Below are positions 48,937-58,763 of a stretch of 64,000 nt of DNA, piece after piece. Source of the DNA: an uncultured Pseudomonadota bacterium (GTDB taxonomy: Bacteria; Pseudomonadota; Alphaproteobacteria; RF32; CAG-239); contig CASFRM010000003.1 in assembly GCA_949297185.1 (NCBI GenBank), forward strand, positions 1,397 through 65,396, written 5' to 3'. Within the stretch, counting starts at the first letter, position 1, and the number at the start of each line of letters is the position of its first letter. Made by a program: the position numbers and the translations under genes. The notes beneath the pieces were generated by a model. It ran no database searches, was not told where the DNA came from, and saw only the letters and a list, made by a program, of their open reading frames with translations.

Positions 48937-50451
48937 TTACAGATATTGGCTTTGTCGATAGGATAAAGCCTCAGCTATGTGCAGTTTAAGTATTTTTGAT
49001 TCATTTTGCAAGTCTGCAATCGTTCTTGCTAACCGCAAAGTGCGATGATAGGCTCGGGCAGAGAGCGAATTCTTTTCGGCAAAAGCAATTAAGAGATTTT
49101 TGGCTTCGTTGTCGATTGTGCAAATCTTTTCCAATAATTTGCCTTTGAGACGCGAATTTATCAGAAAACAATCTTCTCCCAGTGCTTTAAGCCTTTCGGT
49201 TTGTATGTTGCGGGCGGCAACAACGCGTTGTCTTATTTCGGCAGAGCTTTCGCCGCTTTTGGCATTGCTTAAATCCCAAGGATTAACGGCAGGAACTTCA
49301 ATTTTGATATCAATACGGTCAAGAAACGGACCGGAAATCTTGTTCATATATTCTTTGGCACATAATGGTGCTCGGGTGCATTCTTTTTCTTTGTTGCCAA
49401 AATAGCCACAGCGACAAGGATTCATGGCGGCAACCAATTGAAAATCTGCCGGATATGAAGTGTGGGCATTAACTCGAGAAATGTTTACGCTCCCGTTTTC
49501 CAGAGGTTGTCTTAGTGCTTCTAAGGTGGCACGATTAAACTCGGGTAACTCATCTAAAAACAAAACGCCGTTGTGGGCTAAAGATATTTCGCCCGGTGTG
49601 GCTTTGCGTCCGCCGCCGACCAAGGCCGGAGTGGAGGCACTGTGATGGGGCGAGCGAAACGGGCGGACAAAACTTATGCCATGGGTTTTAAGTTCGCCGG
49701 CTACGGATTGAATCATTGAGGTTGATAAAGCTTCTTCGGTAGTCATCGGCGGTAAAATGGTTGCCAAACGCGCTGCTAACATTGATTTGCCGGAACCGGG
49801 TGGCCCGACCATCAGCATATTGTGTCCGCCGGCGGCGGCTACTTCCAAAGCTCTTTTGGCGGTTTCTTGTCCTTTTACATCGCTCATGTCAAGCGGAGAT
49901 GATGCTTCAGATTCTGTATTTTGCTCAGGGTATGCAATTAACTGCGTGCCTTTGAGGTGATTTATCAGTTCGCTTAGATTTTGCGGTGCAATAATGTCTT
50001 TAAGTTCTGACCAGGTTGCTTCGCTGCCGCAGGCATGCGGACAAATTAAACTCATTTGATGAGTTTTGGCATATAAGGCAACCGGCAAAACCCCGTTAAC
50101 CGGTAAAATACTGCCATCAAGTCCGAGCTCGCCCATAACAATGCTGTTTTTTAGCGAATCGGAGGATACAACACCCATAACAGCTAAAATTCCTAGGGTA
50201 ATCGGCAAGTCAAAATGAGAACCTTCTTTGAGCAAGTCGGCCGGAGCCAAATTTATAACAATGCGTTTGGGCGGTAATTGTATGCCCAAAGATTGCATTG
50301 CCGCGCGAACCCGTTCTTTACTTTCGGCAATAGCCTTATCCGGCAGACCGACAATTATAAAATTTGGAAGTCCAGAAGAAATTTGTGCCTGCAAGTCTAC
50401 AGGTTGAACCTCAATTCCGTTAAAAGTCAGAGTGTTTATATGTGTGGGCAT
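48937..50451 (-). CDS. comM: YifB/ComM-family Mg-chelatase-like AAA+ ATPase
   Basis: N-terminal Lon-like domain, Walker A GPPGSGKSMLA, and LFLDELPEF. Confidence 0.9.
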   Translation of the reverse strand: MPTHINTLTFNGIEVQPVDLQAQISSGLPNFIIVGLPDKAIAESKERVRAAMQSLGIQLPPKRIVINLAPADLLKEGSHFDLPITLGILAVMGVVSSDSLKNSIVMGELGLDGSILPVNGVLPVALYAKTHQMSLICPHACGSEATWSELKDIIAPQNLSELINHLKGTQLIAYPEQNTESEASSPLDMSDVKGQETAKRALEVAAAGGHNMLMVGPPGSGKSMLAARLATILPPMTTEEALSTSMIQSVAGELKTHGISFVRPFRSPHHSASTPALVGGGRKATPGEISLAHNGVLFLDELPEFNRATLEALRQPLENGSVNISRVNAHTSYPADFQLVAAMNPCRCGYFGNKEKECTRAPLCAKEYMNKISGPFLDRIDIKIEVPAVNPWDLSNAKSGESSAEIRQRVVAARNIQTERLKALGEDCFLINSRLKGKLLEKICTIDNEAKNLLIAFAEKNSLSARAYHRTLRLARTIADLQNESKILKLHIAEALSYRQSQYL

Positions 50452-50457
50452 ATTTTA

Positions 50458-50769
50458 CTACCAACGAGGGGTCAATTCATTATCTCTCCAACGGCGGGTG
50501 GGATAGGTGTCTACCGTTAGGAAATCGTATCTTGCGGTTTTGTACGGCAGGTTGGTCATGCGAGTGTAACCTTTGGTCTCGTAATAAGAGGCGCATTCAT
50601 CAGCAGAATAATGCTTGCTGTTGTAGCAATAAATACGGTCTTTGGTATAAATATTTTGCAAACCAATACGATAAGCTTCGGCGCTGTGCGCAAGTGCTGC
50701 GGTTATCAGGCCGAAAAACATTATTATGGTAAAAATACTCAATGTTTTGCTGATTGTCATGACAAACAA
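50458..50769 (-). CDS. small exported protein, hypothetical
   Basis: 103 aa with a signal peptide (...ITAALAHSAEA). Its stop is 6 nt upstream of the comM start. Confidence 0.4.
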   Translation of the reverse strand: MFVMTISKTLSIFTIIMFFGLITAALAHSAEAYRIGLQNIYTKDRIYCYNSKHYSADECASYYETKGYTRMTNLPYKTARYDFLTVDTYPTRRWRDNELTPRW

Positions 50770-50982
50770 CCTCCAAATTATATCAATATAGCCGTATAAT
50801 ATCGCAAAAGGGTTAATTCTTGCTTAAAAATTATGATAAAAATGCTTGCAAATTAAAGAATTTATGGTATAACCAAGCTCGTCCTTGCCTCGTCTGAAAT
50901 ATAACGAGGATATACAAAGACGCCCTTGCGGTATTAAGCCAAAAGGGTTTTGTTGAGAAATCCATAAGGAGTTTTAATAAAT

Positions 50983-51318
50983 ATGAATAAATATGAAAGC
51001 GTGTTGATTGCACGTCAAGATTTGGGCGCTTCGCAAGTTAACTCGTTGGTTGATAGCTTGAAACAAGTTGTTGCCGAACAGGGTGGTGAAGTTGTTCGCG
51101 TTGATAATTGGGGTTTGAAAAATCTCGCTTATCGTATCAAAAAAAATCGTAAAGGCTATTATGTTCTCTTGAATATCGCTGCTCCGGCTAAGGCGGTTGC
51201 CGAGTACGAGAGAGTTATGCGTGTTAACGAAGATATCATCCGTTACATGACCGTTAAAGTTGAGGAATTTTCCGAAGCTGCCGGTAGCGACGGTGTTGAA
51301 TCGGCTGTTGAAGAATAG
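50983..51318 (+). CDS. rpsF: 30S ribosomal protein S6
   Basis: [14 protein letters not shown]... followed by an acidic tail. Confidence 0.95.
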   Translation: MNKYESVLIARQDLGASQVNSLVDSLKQVVAEQGGEVVRVDNWGLKNLAYRIKKNRKGYYVLLNIAAPAKAVAEYERVMRVNEDIIRYMTVKVEEFSEAAGSDGVESAVEE

Positions 51319-51329
51319 GAGAATGTAAA

Positions 51330-51557
51330 ATGGCTAAACAAGTATTCTTTAGAAGAAAAAAAAGCTGCCCGTTTTCCGGTGAAGACGCTTTGAAAATCGA
51401 CTACAAAGATGTTAAACTTCTTTCTCGTTACATCTCTGAGAAAGGTAAAATCATCCCCAGTCGTATAACTTCGGTTTCGGCTAAAAAGCAAAGAGAATTA
51501 GCTCGTGCTATTAAAAGAGCTCGTTATCTCGGTTTGTTGCCGTATGTCGCAATGTAG
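51330..51557 (+). CDS. rpsR: 30S ribosomal protein S18
   Basis: KSCPF...[49 protein letters not shown]. Confidence 0.95.
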   Translation: MAKQVFFRRKKSCPFSGEDALKIDYKDVKLLSRYISEKGKIIPSRITSVSAKKQRELARAIKRARYLGLLPYVAM

Positions 51558-51574
51558 TTTGAGGGAGAAAAATT

Positions 51575-52060
51575 ATGGAAGTTATCTTGCTTGAACACAT
51601 CGAAAAATTGGGTAAAATGGGTGATAAGGTTAGTGTTAAAAACGGTTTTGCCCGTAACTACCTGTTGCCTCAAAAGAAAGCTTTGCGTGCTACCGAAGCT
51701 AACTTGGCTGTTTATGAACAACAAAAAGCCGAGTTGGAAGCACACAATAAACAATTGTTTGATAATGCTTCGAAATTGGCCGAATCTTTGAAAGGTTTTG
51801 CTGCTGTTTTGATTCGTCAAGCTGCAGAAACCGGTCAACTCTATGGTTCGGTTACTATTCGCGACATCGCTGCTGCTATCAAAGAAGCCGGCTATAGCGT
51901 TGAACGCCGTCAAGTGTTCTTGGAAAAAGCTATCAAAGATTTGGGCGTATATCAGGTTAAATTGAATTTGCATCCTGAAGTTACTCAAACCATTTTGGTT
52001 AACGTTGCAAGAACTGATGATGAAGCTAAAAAACAAGCTAAAGCTTTTGAAAATATCTAG
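51575..52060 (+). CDS. rplI: 50S ribosomal protein L9
   Basis: MEVILLEHIEKLGKMGDKVSVKNGFARNYLLPQKKAL. Confidence 0.95.
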   Translation: MEVILLEHIEKLGKMGDKVSVKNGFARNYLLPQKKALRATEANLAVYEQQKAELEAHNKQLFDNASKLAESLKGFAAVLIRQAAETGQLYGSVTIRDIAAAIKEAGYSVERRQVFLEKAIKDLGVYQVKLNLHPEVTQTILVNVARTDDEAKKQAKAFENI

Positions 52061-52079
52061 TTGATATTTTTCCAAGTTA

Positions 52080-52111
52080 AAAAAACCTCCGCAAATTTGC
52101 GGAGGTTTTTT
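52080..52111. terminator. bidirectional rho-independent terminator
   Basis: AACCTCCGCAAA pairs with TTTGCGGAGGTT, flanked by A and T runs. Confidence 0.8.
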
Positions 52112-52121
52112 GTTGCCGTTA

Positions 52122-53189
52122 TTAATCGCGGTAAAGCGAGCTCTTTTTGTATTTGCCGATACCGTAGCGAACGAGTACTCCGATAATGGCTGCCAAAGGA
52201 ACCGCCATCATCAAGCCTAAAAATCCAAGCAAAACGCCACCGGCCAATAAGGCAAACATTATCCATACCGGATGAAGGCCAACCGAATCACCAACCAGTT
52301 TCGGGGTAATAAAATTGCCTTCCAAGAATTGACCTACGGCAAATACACCAACCACTTGCGCTATCGGAACCCAAGTGTCAAATTGGGCAAAGGCGATGGC
52401 TATCGCAGTTACAAAACCGACGATGGAACCGACATAAGGAATAAACGAAATAATGCCGGCGATAAAGCCTACTAAAAGTCCTAAGTCAAGTCCGACCAAG
52501 CTAAGCCCGATAGCATAAAAGCTTCCTAATATTACGCAAACCGAAAGTTGTCCGCGAATAAAAGATGAGATGATTTTATCAATTGCTTTGGCTTGAGTTT
52601 CAATTTCTTTCTTATAGGCTTTGGGCAAAAGGCTATCGACCTTTTTAACAAAGCTGTCCCAATCTCTTAACATGTAGAAAGCAACAACCGGAGTGATAAG
52701 CAATAATGACAAAATATTAAAGATTGCGTAGCCGCTGCTGATTAATTTTTTGAAGACATTGCCGACAAGTTTTAAACCATTGCTCATGTTGCCTTGCAAA
52801 TATTCGCGTATTTTTTCGCGGCTGAGACCGGGGATATTGTCTTGCAAATTGACAATAATCGGTTCAATCTTTTTGGTTAAAGATTGCATATAAAGCGGTA
52901 CCGAATTGATAAACTGTGATAATTGCTCGTCAATCATGCCGATAAGGGCAATTATTGCCGGAATTAAAATAATGGCCACCAAAAACAGTACCAAAAATGT
53001 GGAGGCGGTACGACCGATTTTGAGCTTTTCAAAGCGAGTGGCCAGAGGGTCGAGCAGATAACCGATTATGATACCGGCTACAAAGGGGAGCAAAACCGAG
53101 CGTAAAACATATACCGAAAGTCCGAACAGTCCGAAAATTATGAGCCAGATTACCCAGTTTTTGTTTTCTGATTTAGCTGTTGAGGTCAT
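52122..53189 (-). CDS. AI-2E family transporter (PerM/YhhT-like permease)
   Basis: 355 aa with about 8 TM helices and a C-terminal GLMMAVPLAA motif. Confidence 0.85.
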   Translation of the reverse strand: MTSTAKSENKNWVIWLIIFGLFGLSVYVLRSVLLPFVAGIIIGYLLDPLATRFEKLKIGRTASTFLVLFLVAIILIPAIIALIGMIDEQLSQFINSVPLYMQSLTKKIEPIIVNLQDNIPGLSREKIREYLQGNMSNGLKLVGNVFKKLISSGYAIFNILSLLLITPVVAFYMLRDWDSFVKKVDSLLPKAYKKEIETQAKAIDKIISSFIRGQLSVCVILGSFYAIGLSLVGLDLGLLVGFIAGIISFIPYVGSIVGFVTAIAIAFAQFDTWVPIAQVVGVFAVGQFLEGNFITPKLVGDSVGLHPVWIMFALLAGGVLLGFLGLMMAVPLAAIIGVLVRYGIGKYKKSSLYRD

Positions 53190-53192
53190 TTA

Positions 53193-54248
53193 TTATTCTC
53201 CGATATTACTCATTACCATGTAGTTGCCACTGTTTTCTAAGCGATAGCCGTGGTATGCAAATTGTCTGGTCAGTGTGTCCAAATCACCGCTGAAAGTTAC
53301 CTTGAACTGTGCTTTGCCTTGAGCCATGGCTTGGACATTAACCGCACTTACTTCGGGAATGCTTTTTATCTTCTGTTCGGCTGATATCCATGCACCTAAA
53401 GTAGGAAAGGGGTAAAGTACGGTTATTTCTTGTTCGACAACCGGATTTTCTTGCTGTTGATTTAGGATATAATGCTCAATTTGGTTTTTGCATTCGCTTA
53501 TGGCCTTATTGAACAATTCCGCGCCTGATGATTTGGCTCCGGCAACTTTTATGGTTCGGTAATCGCCGGATAGTGATTTTAGAGATATTTCCAAACCTTC
53601 GACACCATCGTAGTTAGCTGCAAGCACATAAACATCTGAACTTGAGGACATTCTTTTTAGATTTTGCAGAGCCATGGTGTCAAAATCAGCTGCCTTTTGA
53701 GCATTGATAACAGAACTGTTGCCAGCGGAATTGGGAATGGAAACAAAAGTTGTGGCAGAGGTGTTTTCACTATTGTCCCAAGCCAATTTCCATGGGTTGT
53801 CAATCTCCCAAAGTTTGGGGGTGTCGCCCTTAAACTCGGCAAATACAGGAATTACCAATATTGAGCCGCTGTTGCCGCTTAACATAGGAATTTCTCTCTC
53901 TGTCATATATTGTTTAAGTAATTCTTCGTTAATGACAACCCTTAAGTCGGCAACATATCGGACATCAGAATTTTTTTCGTTTAGAACCGAGGTCTCTTTG
54001 ATAAAATTTATCAGCTGAGCGTCGGTCATGGCGGCAATTTTTGCAGCACCTTCTTGGGTGGAAATACGACGAGCAACTGCGGTAACGGCGGCTCTGGCCG
54101 CGTTACTCATGGCTTTTTCGCGGGCAAGAGAGGCGTTTTCGTCAGTAACATCTACTTTTATTTCAACGCTGAATTTAGAATCTGCAGCGTGTAGGTTAGG
54201 GCTGAAAAATAAGCCAAAAGCTAAAAATAATATGGCAATTTTAGACAA
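53193..54248 (-). CDS. exported hypothetical protein
   Basis: 351 aa with a signal peptide (...SPNLHAADS). No family recognised with confidence. Confidence 0.5.
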   Translation of the reverse strand: MSKIAILFLAFGLFFSPNLHAADSKFSVEIKVDVTDENASLAREKAMSNAARAAVTAVARRISTQEGAAKIAAMTDAQLINFIKETSVLNEKNSDVRYVADLRVVINEELLKQYMTEREIPMLSGNSGSILVIPVFAEFKGDTPKLWEIDNPWKLAWDNSENTSATTFVSIPNSAGNSSVINAQKAADFDTMALQNLKRMSSSSDVYVLAANYDGVEGLEISLKSLSGDYRTIKVAGAKSSGAELFNKAISECKNQIEHYILNQQQENPVVEQEITVLYPFPTLGAWISAEQKIKSIPEVSAVNVQAMAQGKAQFKVTFSGDLDTLTRQFAYHGYRLENSGNYMVMSNIGE

Positions 54249-54254
54249 TTATTT

Positions 54255-54674
54255 TTACTCCTCAAAAATGTCAATATTGCTAAAGAAGTAGCTGATTTCA
54301 CGAGCAGCACTCTCAGGTGAATCAGAACCGTGAACAGAGTTCTTGTCGATGGAAAGAGCAAAAGTTTTGCGGATGGTTCCTTCTTCGGCAACAGCGGGAT
54401 TGGTGGCACCCATGATTTTGCGGTAACGGGCAATAGCATCTTCACCTGATAAAACTTGAACAATGATGGGGGCAGAGCTCATAAATTTTACTAAGTTTTC
54501 AAAAAAAACTTTGCCTCGATGCTCGGCGTAAAAGCCGTCGGCTTGTTCCGGAGTTAGTTTTATCATTTTTTGGGCAACAATCTTAAGGCCTGCGTCTTCA
54601 ATCATGGAGTTGATTTTGCCGCTTAAGTTGCGGGTGGTGGCGTCCGGTTTTATGATAGATAAAGTCTTTTCCAT
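54255..54674 (-). CDS. ndk: nucleoside diphosphate kinase
   Basis: TLSIIKPDA and NSVHGSDS (active-site His). Confidence 0.95.
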   Translation of the reverse strand: MEKTLSIIKPDATTRNLSGKINSMIEDAGLKIVAQKMIKLTPEQADGFYAEHRGKVFFENLVKFMSSAPIIVQVLSGEDAIARYRKIMGATNPAVAEEGTIRKTFALSIDKNSVHGSDSPESAAREISYFFSNIDIFEE

Positions 54675-54818
54675 ATCGTATCTCCTAAAAAAATTATTAA
54701 ATTTATTTGAAAGATATATTACTTTGTATAAATAAGCAAAAGATATTTTGACTTTTAACTAATAAAGTTGTTTATTATAGCAAAATTAACTTACAAATCA
54801 GAGAAAGGTCAAACGCAA

Positions 54819-55814
54819 ATGGCAAACTTTATAGACAGTGTTATTGCTAAAGCTAAATCACAACCGAAAACAATCGTACTGCCTGAGGGAAACGATGAGA
54901 GAGTTTTGGAAGCGGCTAAAACCGTTACGGAGGAAAAAATTGCAAAAGTTATTTTGCTTGGAAAAGAAGACGAAATAAAAGCAAAATTTGCTGCAAAAGG
55001 TTGGAATATTGACGGTATTCAAATTATTAACCCCGAAACTTCGTCAAAACTCAATGAATATGCAGAGTTGTTTTATGAATTGCGTAAGGAAAAAGGCGTC
55101 TCGATGGAAGATGCTCAAAAAATGGCCAGAAATGCTAATTACTTTGCAACTTTGATGATTAAGTCCGGCGATGCCGACGGAATGGTATCGGGTGCGGCTC
55201 ACTCTACTGCAGATACTGTTAGACCGGCTTTGCAGATTGTTAAATCTTCTCGTAAGGACATGAACGTATCTTCTTTCTTCTTTATGAATAAAGGAGAAAA
55301 AACTTTCATTTTTGCCGATTGCGCAATTACTCCGAATCCTACCGATCAAGAGTTGGCCAATATTGCTATGCAGGCAGCTCAAACCGCAGTACAATTCGGA
55401 ATTACTCCCGATATTGCCATGCTTTCCTATTCTTCGTATGGTTCAGGTAAGGGTGAAGCAATCGAAAAAGTTCAGAGAGCTGTTAAAATTGCCAAAGAAA
55501 TGGCTGCTTCCGATGAATTCAAACATCTCGGAATCAAACTTGACGGTGAGTTGCAGGCCGATGCCGCTTTGGTGGATAAAGTTGCTGCTCTTAAGGCTCC
55601 GGGAAGTGAAGTTGCCGGCCATGCAAAAGTTTTGATTTTCCCTGACCTTAATGCCGGTAATATTGCCTATAAATTGGTGCAAAGATTGGGTGAATATGAA
55701 GCTTATGGTCCTATCTTGCAAGGCTTGCGTGCGCCGATTAATGATCTTTCTCGCGGTTGCTCGGCAAGCGATATTGTTTGTACCGTTGCTTTAACAGCTG
55801 TACAGGCTATGTAA
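54819..55814 (+). CDS. pta: phosphate acetyltransferase (short form)
   Basis: Start MANFIDSVIAKAK at 54819. Motifs IVLPEGNDERVLEAA and GMVSGAAHSTADTVRPALQI. Confidence 0.9.
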   Translation: MANFIDSVIAKAKSQPKTIVLPEGNDERVLEAAKTVTEEKIAKVILLGKEDEIKAKFAAKGWNIDGIQIINPETSSKLNEYAELFYELRKEKGVSMEDAQKMARNANYFATLMIKSGDADGMVSGAAHSTADTVRPALQIVKSSRKDMNVSSFFFMNKGEKTFIFADCAITPNPTDQELANIAMQAAQTAVQFGITPDIAMLSYSSYGSGKGEAIEKVQRAVKIAKEMAASDEFKHLGIKLDGELQADAALVDKVAALKAPGSEVAGHAKVLIFPDLNAGNIAYKLVQRLGEYEAYGPILQGLRAPINDLSRGCSASDIVCTVALTAVQAM

Positions 55815-55850
55815 TGTTTTGATTCAACTTATGTTTTTAAGGATTTGATT

Positions 55851-57032
55851 ATGCAAAAAATTTTGGTTTTGAATTCTGGGTCGTCATCGTTAAAATATCA
55901 ATTGTTTGATGTAGACGGTGATAGCTATACCGTAATAGCCAAAGGTTTGGCAGAGCGTATCGGTATTGACGGCTCAAAGGTTAATATTAAATTTGCCGAC
56001 GGTACCAAAAAAGAAGTAGTCGCTCCATTGCCGACCCACAAAGAAGCTTTGAAAGAAGTGTTTGACTTGTTGCTCGACGGTGCAATCAGTGATTTGAACG
56101 AAATTTCTGCCGTTGGACATCGTATCGTTCATGGCGGTGAAATCTTTAGAGAATCGGTTTTGTTGAACGAAACTTCAATCAATGCTATTGAAGATTTGTC
56201 TGCTTTGGCTCCTTTGCACAACCCGGCTGCCGTTTTGGGTATCCGAGCAGTGCAAGAGTTGTTGCCGACTGTTGCTCAAACCGCTGTGTTTGATACTGCT
56301 TTCCATCAGACAATGCCTAAGGAAGCTTTCCTCTACGGTTTGCCTTTGGAACAATATACCAAACATCAGATTCGTCGTTATGGTATGCACGGAACTTCGC
56401 ACCGCTATATTGCTCAAGAAACCGCTAAAATTATCGGAGAAAATGCAAAGATAATCTCTTGCCACTTGGGTAACGGTGCTTCAATAACCGCAATCAAAGA
56501 CGGTAAATGCATGGATACTTCGATGGGATTTACTCCGTTGGCCGGTATTATAATGGGTACCAGATCGGGTGATATTGATCCTTATATTCCGTTGCATATT
56601 ATGAAAGAGCAAAATATGTCGGTTGAGGAAGTTAATAAACTGCTCAACAAACAAAGCGGTATGCTTGGTTTGACCGGCTTTTCGGATATGCGTGATGTTG
56701 AAGATGCTTATCTTAAAGGCGAGAAAAATGCCGTTATCGGTATGCAGACTTATGTTTATACCATAGTTAAATTTATCGGTGCTTATATTGCCGCTTTGGG
56801 TGGTGTAGATGCTATTGTCTTTACCGCAGGAATCGGCGAAAATTCTCCGATTATTCGTAAGCTCGTTTTGCAGAGATTGGCTTATCTCGGAATTGAGATT
56901 AATGAAGAGGCTAACAATCGCCGCGGTGATATTGAAGAAATATCAGCCAAAGGTTCAAAGGTCAGAGCTTTTGTTATTCCGACCAATGAAGAAATGATGA
57001 TTGCCAAAGATACTGTTGCTTTGACAAAATAA
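55851..57032 (+). CDS. ackA: acetate kinase
   Basis: KILVLNSGSSSLKYQLF, GHRIVHGG, HLGNGASI and TAGIGENS. Confidence 0.95.
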   Translation: MQKILVLNSGSSSLKYQLFDVDGDSYTVIAKGLAERIGIDGSKVNIKFADGTKKEVVAPLPTHKEALKEVFDLLLDGAISDLNEISAVGHRIVHGGEIFRESVLLNETSINAIEDLSALAPLHNPAAVLGIRAVQELLPTVAQTAVFDTAFHQTMPKEAFLYGLPLEQYTKHQIRRYGMHGTSHRYIAQETAKIIGENAKIISCHLGNGASITAIKDGKCMDTSMGFTPLAGIIMGTRSGDIDPYIPLHIMKEQNMSVEEVNKLLNKQSGMLGLTGFSDMRDVEDAYLKGEKNAVIGMQTYVYTIVKFIGAYIAALGGVDAIVFTAGIGENSPIIRKLVLQRLAYLGIEINEEANNRRGDIEEISAKGSKVRAFVIPTNEEMMIAKDTVALTK

Positions 57033-57038
57033 CAAATT

Positions 57039-57073
57039 AAGGAGCTTGGTTTTATTCTAAGCTCCTTTTTTTT
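57039..57073 (+). terminator. rho-independent terminator (ackA)
   Basis: AAGGAGCTT pairs with AAGCTCCTT, followed by a T run. Confidence 0.7.
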
Positions 57074-57124
57074 ATAAACTAAACCCTTTGCTTAATTGGC
57101 AAGGGGTTTTTAATTTATGCTAAA

Positions 57125-58480
57125 CTAAGCTGATTTTTTGCTCGATTTTTTAGCTGATTTGTTTTCTTCATCGAATTTGTATAATTCTTCTACCGAAACT
57201 ACTTTCTCATTGAGTTTGGCTTGAGAAATTATGTAATCAATGATTTTTTCTTCAAAAATCGGAGCTTTCAAAGCTTCAACAGCTTGTTTGTTTTTGAGAT
57301 AGTAATCCAAAACCATTTGTTCTTGGCCGGGGTATCTCTTAGCTTCGTTCATGATAGCGGCATTGATGTCTTCTGGTTTAATGCTGATTTTTGCATTTTG
57401 ACCAACTTCTGACAACAACAAGCCGAGTTTTACGCGGCGAACAGCTATATCTTTGTATTCTTTGAGCAAGTCTTCTTCTTTTTTGTTTTTCTCTTCTTCA
57501 TCGAGTTGGTTGTATTTCTTAGCTTGTTCGTATTGATTTACGATAGCTTTGTATTCGGCATCAACCAAAGAAGAGGGAACTTCGAAGCTGTATTCGGAAT
57601 CCAAAACATCCAAAAGCTGCCTTTTTAATTTCATGCGAGAAGCATTATCATAATCGGACTTAATGCGAGAAGATAATGTTTCTTTTAATTTGTCGAGACT
57701 TTCGGCACCAAGAGATTTAGCAAGTTCGTCATTGATTTCTACAGCTTTTGGCTCACGAACTTCTTTAACCGTAACAGCAAAAACAGCATCTTTACCGGCT
57801 AAATCTTTGGCGTGATAGGTATCAGGGAATTTGACTTTTACATCAACCTTTGAACCTGCTTCGCTGCCGATTAATTGATCTTCAAAACCGGGGATGAAAG
57901 AACCAGAACCCAATTCCAAAGGATAATCGTTGCCTTTGCCGCCGTTGAATTCAACGCCGTCAATAGAACCAACAAAGTCAATCATAACTACATCGCCTTT
58001 GGCGGCTTTTTTGCCGTCAACCTTAACGCTTTCTTTGCGAGTTTCGGCTAAGTATTTTACGGCTTTGTCAACTTCTTCGGCCGGAACTTCGGCAGTGTAT
58101 TTGTCTAAAGAAATTTTTGAGAAGTCACCGAGTTTGATTTCGGGCAAGATTTCAACATCCATATCAAATTCGAGGTCTTTGCCTTCGCCAAAAGAGGTGA
58201 TCTTGATAGCCGGTTGGCTAACAGGACGAAGTTTGTTATCGTTTAATACCTGGTTGCTACCGTTGCGAACGGCATCATCCAAGGCTTCGCTCATAACTTC
58301 GTTTAAAAATTTCTTTTTAACCATTGAAAGCGGAGCTTTACCGGCACGGAAGCCTTGTATTTTGGCTTTCTTGGCAATTTGTGAAAGTTTGTTGTCAATA
58401 TCTTTGGCAAAGTCTTCTTTAGAAATTACAACTTTGTAAGACTTATTAAGACCTTCGGATTTTAACTCATTAATTTTCAT
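57125..58480 (-). CDS. tig: trigger factor
   Basis: 451 aa. N-terminal ribosome-binding GFRAGKAP and a central FKBP-type PPIase (DFVGSIDGVEFNGG). Confidence 0.95.
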   Translation of the reverse strand: MKINELKSEGLNKSYKVVISKEDFAKDIDNKLSQIAKKAKIQGFRAGKAPLSMVKKKFLNEVMSEALDDAVRNGSNQVLNDNKLRPVSQPAIKITSFGEGKDLEFDMDVEILPEIKLGDFSKISLDKYTAEVPAEEVDKAVKYLAETRKESVKVDGKKAAKGDVVMIDFVGSIDGVEFNGGKGNDYPLELGSGSFIPGFEDQLIGSEAGSKVDVKVKFPDTYHAKDLAGKDAVFAVTVKEVREPKAVEINDELAKSLGAESLDKLKETLSSRIKSDYDNASRMKLKRQLLDVLDSEYSFEVPSSLVDAEYKAIVNQYEQAKKYNQLDEEEKNKKEEDLLKEYKDIAVRRVKLGLLLSEVGQNAKISIKPEDINAAIMNEAKRYPGQEQMVLDYYLKNKQAVEALKAPIFEEKIIDYIISQAKLNEKVVSVEELYKFDEENKSAKKSSKKSA

Positions 58481-58524
58481 TTATATCTCTCTCTGTTAAA
58501 ATAAAAAACACCTCTGACCAAAGA

Positions 58525-58609
58525 TGGTGCGGGTGAAGGGACTTGAACCCCCACTCCTTGCGAAATCAGATCCTAAGTCTGACGCGTCTACCAATTCCGC
58601 CACACCCGC
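58525..58609 (-). tRNA. tRNA-Leu (anticodon TAG)
   Basis: 85 nt. Acceptor GCGGGTG/CACCCGC plus ACCA, anticodon stem TCAGA/TCTGA with loop CTTAGGA, a long variable arm, and T-loop TTCAAGT. Confidence 0.9.
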
Positions 58610-58763
58610 AAGTGTTTGTTTGAATTTTTGTTTGTCTGAATACTATATTAATATTTTTTTAAATCAAGCATAAATTCACAATGCAAACAAAATTATTGTA
58701 ATCTCTTTTATTCTTTTATAATATGTGCCTAGCAATTATTTTTTATTTGGGAGTGGGATTGTG

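Noticed and set aside
54819-57032. pta-ackA as a possible horizontally acquired block, since the short-form Pta is more typical of Firmicutes.
   Set aside because: Codon usage and composition look like the surrounding core genes. I cannot assess phylogeny without a search, so this is not reported as a finding.
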